Shown here: in pieces, positions 59,058 to 64,000 of the stretch
Position numbering within the stretch: the first letter of the stretch is position 1
Layout of the letters: each line of letters starts with the position of its first letter
NCBI GenBank assembly: GCA_963847705.1
Contig: CAWKBC010000027.1
Location: 672,001-736,000, forward strand
Reading direction: 5' to 3'
Source of the DNA: an uncultured Pseudomonadota bacterium
Lineage (GTDB): Bacteria; Myxococcota_A; Polyangia; Fen-1088
Length of the DNA: 64,000 bases
Notes under the pieces: model-generated
Databases searched by the model: none
The model's input: the letters and a program-made list of their open reading frames with translations, nothing else
Told to the model about the DNA's origin: nothing
Program-made: the position numbers and the translations under genes

Positions 59058-61824
59058 TCAGGGCGCGTCGCCCTGCGCGGCCTGGCCGGCTTTCTCGCGG
59101 GCCAGGTCGCGTCGCTTGCGGGCCGAGGTGTCGGTGGGGTCGCGCGCCACGGCGGCGTTGTATTCGCGCAACGCCTCCCGGTAGCGCTCGAGGTAAAAGT
59201 AGACGTCGCCGACCAGCAGGCGGCCGTTGATCTCGGCGCCGGCGGCGATCGCCTGGCGCCCCTGGCGGATGGCCTCCTGGTAGTCGCCGCGATCGAACGC
59301 CGTCTGCCCCCGGGTCAGGATGGCCGTCGTGTCGCCCAGCGTCGCGCGCGGCAGCGGCGAGGTGGCTGGCGCGGTCTTGACGGCGCGCGCCTCGCCCGGG
59401 GGCTCGGGAGCCGAGGCCTCGGGGGCTGGCGAGGTCGGCTGGGCCGCGGGCGTCCGGCCGACCGATGCTGGCGAATCGGGCGTCACCAGATGGCGCCCGG
59501 ACGCGGCCACCACCTTGCGCGGCTCGATGTCCACCGGGGCGTGCGTCGGCGCGACGACGACGGCGGACGCCAGGGCCGGCGGCGTCGGGAGAGGCGGTGT
59601 CGCGGGCGGCGGTGTTGCCGGCTGGGCCGACGGCGCGGCGCGCGTCGCGGTGGTCTCGGCGGGGGCGCGGGGCGCCTCCTCCTCCCGCAAGAGGCGCAGC
59701 CCAACCAGCGCGAACGCCGCAAGCAACACCCCCGCCACCACGGCCGGGCCGCGCAGGCGGACGCGGCGACCGCCGATCGGAACGGAGGCCGACGGCGTGA
59801 TGACCGTGTCGGCGCTCCCCATCGGCATCCTCGGCGTCGCCAGCGAGCCACTCGGCATTCGAGCCGGCGAAGGCGCCCCCTCGGCGGTCATGAGGCAGGC
59901 CAGGACCTGTTCCTTGAGCGCGGCCATCGAGAATCTGACGATCGCTCGGCGTGCGGGCGAGCGCGCGCATGACCAGCTTCTGCACCCCGCGTGGCAGGTC
60001 GGGGCGGAGCTCGCCGATGGGCCGGGGATCCTCGCTCGCCTTCCGCTGCAGCACCTCGATCGCGTCGTCGCCCGTGCAGGGCTGGGTGGCGGTCAGCATC
60101 TCGTAGAGCAGCCCACCCACGGCGTAGACGTCGGTCAGGGCGTCCGCGGTCTTGCCGGCCGCCTGCTCGGGGGCCATGTAGGCGGGCGTGCCGATCGCGA
60201 TGTCGGGGCGGGTGAGGGCGGCGCCGACGGCCAGATCGAGATCCTTGGAGATCCCGAAGTCGAGGACCTTCACGAAGTCGGCCTCGTCGTTCCGGTTCAC
60301 CAGCATGACGTTGGCCGGCTTCAGATCGCGATGGATGACCTCGGCGGCGTGCGCGGCCTCGAGCGCGCGGGCGATCTGCGCGGTCACCAGCAGGGCCCGC
60401 TCGACCGGCAGCGGCCCGGTCCGCAGGATCAAATCCTCCAGGTTGACCCCGTCGAGGAACTCCATGACGAAGTAGAAGGCGCCGTCTGGCGTGGTCCCTG
60501 AATCGGTGACGTCGACGATGTTCGGGTGGCCGATCTTCGAGGCGGCGCGCGCCTCGCGCCTGAATCTCTCGACCAGATCGGCGCTGTGGTGAAAGCGGGC
60601 GTGCAGGACCTTGATGGCCACGCGCCGGCCGATGTCGATGTGCTGGGCCTCGTAGACCCGCCCCATGGCCCCTTCGCCGCAGAGGCGCCGGATGTGGTAG
60701 CGCCCGCCCAGGGTGGTCCCGATCCGGGGATCCAGGCCCTCCTGTCGCTGCGAGTCGCTGAGCGGCGACACCGGCGGGACGCCGTCTCCCGCCGAGGGGA
60801 CGCGGTGTCTTGCCGAAGGGATGCCGTGCCCCCCCGAGAGCATCGCCCGCGAGCCGGCAATCAACCGCTCGCGCTCCCGCTTCTCCTCGCGGGCGTCGTC
60901 GGCGAACAGCGGTCGCAGGAAGCCGGCCAGGCGATCGGCGTCGGTCTTGGGCGCCGTCTCGGCCAGGAACGCCGCCAGATCGGCGCGCAGGAGCTCGGCG
61001 CTCGGGTAGCGCGCCTCGCGCTCGACGGCCAGCGCCCGCATGACGATGCGGTCGAGCTCGGGCGGGACGCGGCCGCTGATCGTCGAGGGGGGGACCACCT
61101 CGGGGTTGCGGGCCCGGGCCATCGCGTCGGGGTTTGGCTGGTCGGCGGGGCTGGCGATCGGAAAGAGCTGGCGCCCGGTCAGGAGCTCCCAGAGCAGGAT
61201 CCCGGCCGCGTAGATGTCGACCCGGCCGTCGAGCGACTGCCGGCGCGCCTGCTCCGGCGACAGGTAGGAGAGCTTGCCGTAGACGATCCCCGGCGTGGTC
61301 CGCTCCATCTTGAGGATCGACATCGCCAGCCCGAAGTCGGTCAGCTTCACCTCGCCGCTGTAAGAGAGGAGAACGTTGGCCGGCGAGACGTCGCGGTGGA
61401 CCAGCTTGAGATCTTCGAAGGCGTGCGCGTAGACCAGCGCCCGCGTGACCTCCTTGACGATGTAGACCGAGATGTCGACGGGGAAGGGGACCCGCCTGTC
61501 GGCGCAGCGGTTCCAGGTCGCCAGCAGATCCTTGCCGTCGACGTACTCCATCGCCAGGAAGATCTGTCCCCCCTGCATGCCGGCGTCGAACACGCTGACC
61601 AGGTTCCCGTGCGCCAGGCGCATGGCGACCAGCGCCTCGTCGTGAAATCGTCGCGAGTTCTCCGAGGCGCCGAGGTCGGGAATCACCTGCTTGATCACGC
61701 AGAGCTTCTCGAGGCCCGGCGTCCCGGTCAGCGCGAGGTGAAGCTGCCCCATCCCCCCGCGGGCAAGCGGCTTCAGGAGCACGTAGTTGTCAAACCGTCG
61801 CGGAAACCCGCCCTGTCCCGTCAC
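59058..61824 (-). pseudogene. tandem two-domain Ser/Thr kinase with TM and C-terminal TPR, +1 frameshift near 59931
   Basis: Two complete kinase domains (HRDVSPAN/DFG and HRDLKPAN/DFG); deleting one base in cagattctcgatg joins them to MAALKEQ...TM...TPR. Confidence 0.8.
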
Positions 61825-61879
61825 GGCCGGGATTTTACATTGCGCCGCGTGCGAATGAGACGTGACATATTCGAGGGGT

Positions 61880-63271
61880 ATGGACGATTTTCGGTCAACG
61901 GGTGTCGAGGCCCCGGCTTCGACGACGGCAGTGCCTGCCCCCACGCTTCCCTCGTCGTTGGCGGGCCGGCGCATCGTCCTCGGGATCAGCGGGGGGATCG
62001 CGGCCTACAAGGCGGCCGAGCTCTGCCGGCTGCTGGTCAAGGCCGGCGCGACCGTGCGGGTGGTGATGACCGACGCCGCGACCCAGTTCATCACCCCGTT
62101 GACCATGCAGACACTGTCGGGCGCCCCGGTGTCGCGTGAGCTGTTCGACCTCGGCAGCGAGGCCGAGATCGGGCACATCCAGCTGGCGGACGAGGCCGAT
62201 CTCTTGATCGTTGCCCCGGCGACGGCCGACGCCATCGCGCGCCTGGCGGCCGGGATGGCCAACGATCTGCTGACGGCGGTCGTGCTGGCCTCGAAGGCGC
62301 CGCTTCTGCTGGCGCCCGCGATGAACGTGAACATGTGGGAGAACCCGCTGACCCAGGCAAACCTCGGCCGGCTGCTGAGCCCCGCCGGCGGTGGCCGTGT
62401 CTCGACCGTCGGTCCCGACAGCGGGGAGCTGGCCTGTGGATGGATCGGTGCCGGCCGGCTGATCGAGCCGGCGGAGATCGTGGCTGCGGCGGCGCGCCTC
62501 CTGGCGCCGGCGGATCTGGCCGGCCGGCGCCTGGTCGTGACGGCCGGACCGACGCGCGAGCCGGTCGACGACGTCCGATTTCTCGGCAACCGGTCGTCGG
62601 GGAAGATGGGCGCCGCGCTGGCGGCTGCGGCGGCGGCGCGTGGCGCCGAGGTGACATTGCTGGCCGGGCCGGGGACCCCGCACGTCCAGGCCAGCGGCGG
62701 GGCCGGTGGCGGTGGTGGCGGTGGATCGATCGCCCGCATCGAGATCGAGACCGCCGCCGATCTGGAGCGCGCGCTGGCCTCGGTCACCCCGGACGCCGAC
62801 GCAGTCGTGATGGCCGCAGCGGTGGCCGACTTCCGTCCGCGCACGCGGGCAGCGGGCAAGCTCTCGCGGCGCGACGCCGGCGGCGACCTGACACTGGAGC
62901 TCACCGCCGTCCCCGATCTCCTGGCCGGGCTGGCCCAGGCCCGCAAAAACGGCCGTCCGTTCTTGATCGGGTTCGCAGCCGAGCTCGGGGGCGGCGGGGC
63001 GCTGGAGGCACGGGCCAGCGGTAAGCTGCGCGAAAAGGGGTGCGACGCGATCGTGGCCAACGACGTGAGCGCCCCCGGCATCGGCTTCGACGCCGACGAC
63101 AACGCGGTGACGGTGCTGTTCGCCGACGGCAGCCGCGTCGACATCCCACGCGCCTCGAAGCGGGCGGTGGCCGATCGGCTGTGGGGGCTGTTCGCCTCCC
63201 GGCTGCCGCCCAAGGGCGAGGGGAAGGGCAACGCCAAGGAGAAGGAGGCGCGCCAGAGCCCGCATGCCTGA
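61880..63271 (+). CDS. coaBC: phosphopantothenoylcysteine decarboxylase/ligase
   Basis: GGIAAYK, PATAD, PAMNVNMW, GELACG, TAGPTRE, NRSSGKMG, AAVADF, GFAAE. Confidence 0.96.
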   Translation: MDDFRSTGVEAPASTTAVPAPTLPSSLAGRRIVLGISGGIAAYKAAELCRLLVKAGATVRVVMTDAATQFITPLTMQTLSGAPVSRELFDLGSEAEIGHIQLADEADLLIVAPATADAIARLAAGMANDLLTAVVLASKAPLLLAPAMNVNMWENPLTQANLGRLLSPAGGGRVSTVGPDSGELACGWIGAGRLIEPAEIVAAAARLLAPADLAGRRLVVTAGPTREPVDDVRFLGNRSSGKMGAALAAAAAARGAEVTLLAGPGTPHVQASGGAGGGGGGGSIARIEIETAADLERALASVTPDADAVVMAAAVADFRPRTRAAGKLSRRDAGGDLTLELTAVPDLLAGLAQARKNGRPFLIGFAAELGGGGALEARASGKLREKGCDAIVANDVSAPGIGFDADDNAVTVLFADGSRVDIPRASKRAVADRLWGLFASRLPPKGEGKGNAKEKEARQSPHA

Positions 63272-64000
63272 CCCGCGCCTCAAGAGCTACGCGCCGCAAG
63301 CGGTGCGCCACCTGGCGGCAGCAGGCAGCGTGATGGTCGCGCGCCAGGCGACCGCCGGCAGATACCAGGGCCACGTCCCGCCCTGGCCCGGGGCGCCCGA
63401 TCCCGACTTTCACGCCACCTTGGCGGCGGTCTGGATCTGGGCGCGCCACCAGCGCCTCTCGGGGGTCGAGAAGTTCACCGTCGCCCGGACCGCCGCCTGG
63501 GGTTTTCTCCATGGGGCGGCGCCGCGCTTCGTCCCGGACGCCATCGACAGCGCCACCGATGACGAGGCGGCCTTCGACTGCGCCATGGTGCTCTGGGCCG
63601 TGGCCGCGGAGCAGGCGCTCGGGCGAATCGATGCGCGCCGGCAGGCGATCGCCGATCGCGCCGCCCGCGTGCTGTCGACGCACCTGGGGGTGCTCCACGA
63701 TCTCTCGGGGCGCGAGTTCCGGGATCCCGGGTTCCTCGCGCTGGCGCTGCTCGAGTACGCGCGGGCGTTCGATGATCGCGGGCTCCTGGCCAGCGGGCGA
63801 AGGTTCGTGGAGCGGGCGTTCGGGATGAAGGCGCCGGCGCCCTTCGCGGCCGAGCCGGCGCCGCTCGGCGGCCTCTTCGACTTCTCCTCCACCACCGCCA
63901 CCCGGATGCTGGCCGTGATCGCCGCCGAGGGGAACACGCCGTTCGTCGGGGCCTGGCTGCGCGAACGGATCGCCTCCGGCACTCCGCGGGCCTTCACCCC
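63264..64000 (+). CDS. hypothetical protein (3' end outside the window)
   Basis: ATG at 63264 overlaps the coaBC stop; frame MPDPRLKSYAPQAVRHL... stays open to the window end with high GC3. Confidence 0.7.
   Translation, partial: MPDPRLKSYAPQAVRHLAAAGSVMVARQATAGRYQGHVPPWPGAPDPDFHATLAAVWIWARHQRLSGVEKFTVARTAAWGFLHGAAPRFVPDAIDSATDDEAAFDCAMVLWAVAAEQALGRIDARRQAIADRAARVLSTHLGVLHDLSGREFRDPGFLALALLEYARAFDDRGLLASGRRFVERAFGMKAPAPFAAEPAPLGGLFDFSSTTATRMLAVIAAEGNTPFVGAWLRERIASGTPRAFT

Overview
High-GC bacterial chromosomal segment whose gene content (many eukaryote-like Ser/Thr kinases, FHA-domain sigma54 activators, TPR proteins next to Cys-rich lipoproteins, paired PilZ domains, an AgmX/PglI-like C-terminus) points to Myxococcota, probably Polyangia (inference). 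Housekeeping blocks: ftsH-folP-glmM-pdxJ-nnr at the left end, lipA-lgt, rpsT/holA/mutY, proS-pyrF-rlmB-asd and coaBC at the right end. Signalling and surface genes lie between them. The most notable locus is 38.4-46.5 kb: an FHA-AAA+-HTH activator, two paralogous membrane Ser/Thr kinases with extracytoplasmic TolB-like beta-propellers, a 47-aa secreted peptide gene ending CRPGLPC with a strong RBS and a correctly spaced sigma54 -24/-12 promoter, and a second, divergent FHA activator. This looks like a candidate peptide-ligand/receptor-kinase/sigma54 circuit. Other oddities: an AgmX-like pseudokinase, a DHH protein with reordered motifs, a LigD with a dead ligase domain, an E2 subunit lacking its binding domain, REP-like hairpin clusters and two single-base frameshifts that may be assembly errors. 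No rRNA, tRNA, CRISPR array or transposase was recognised. All calls come from reading motifs; no searches were run.
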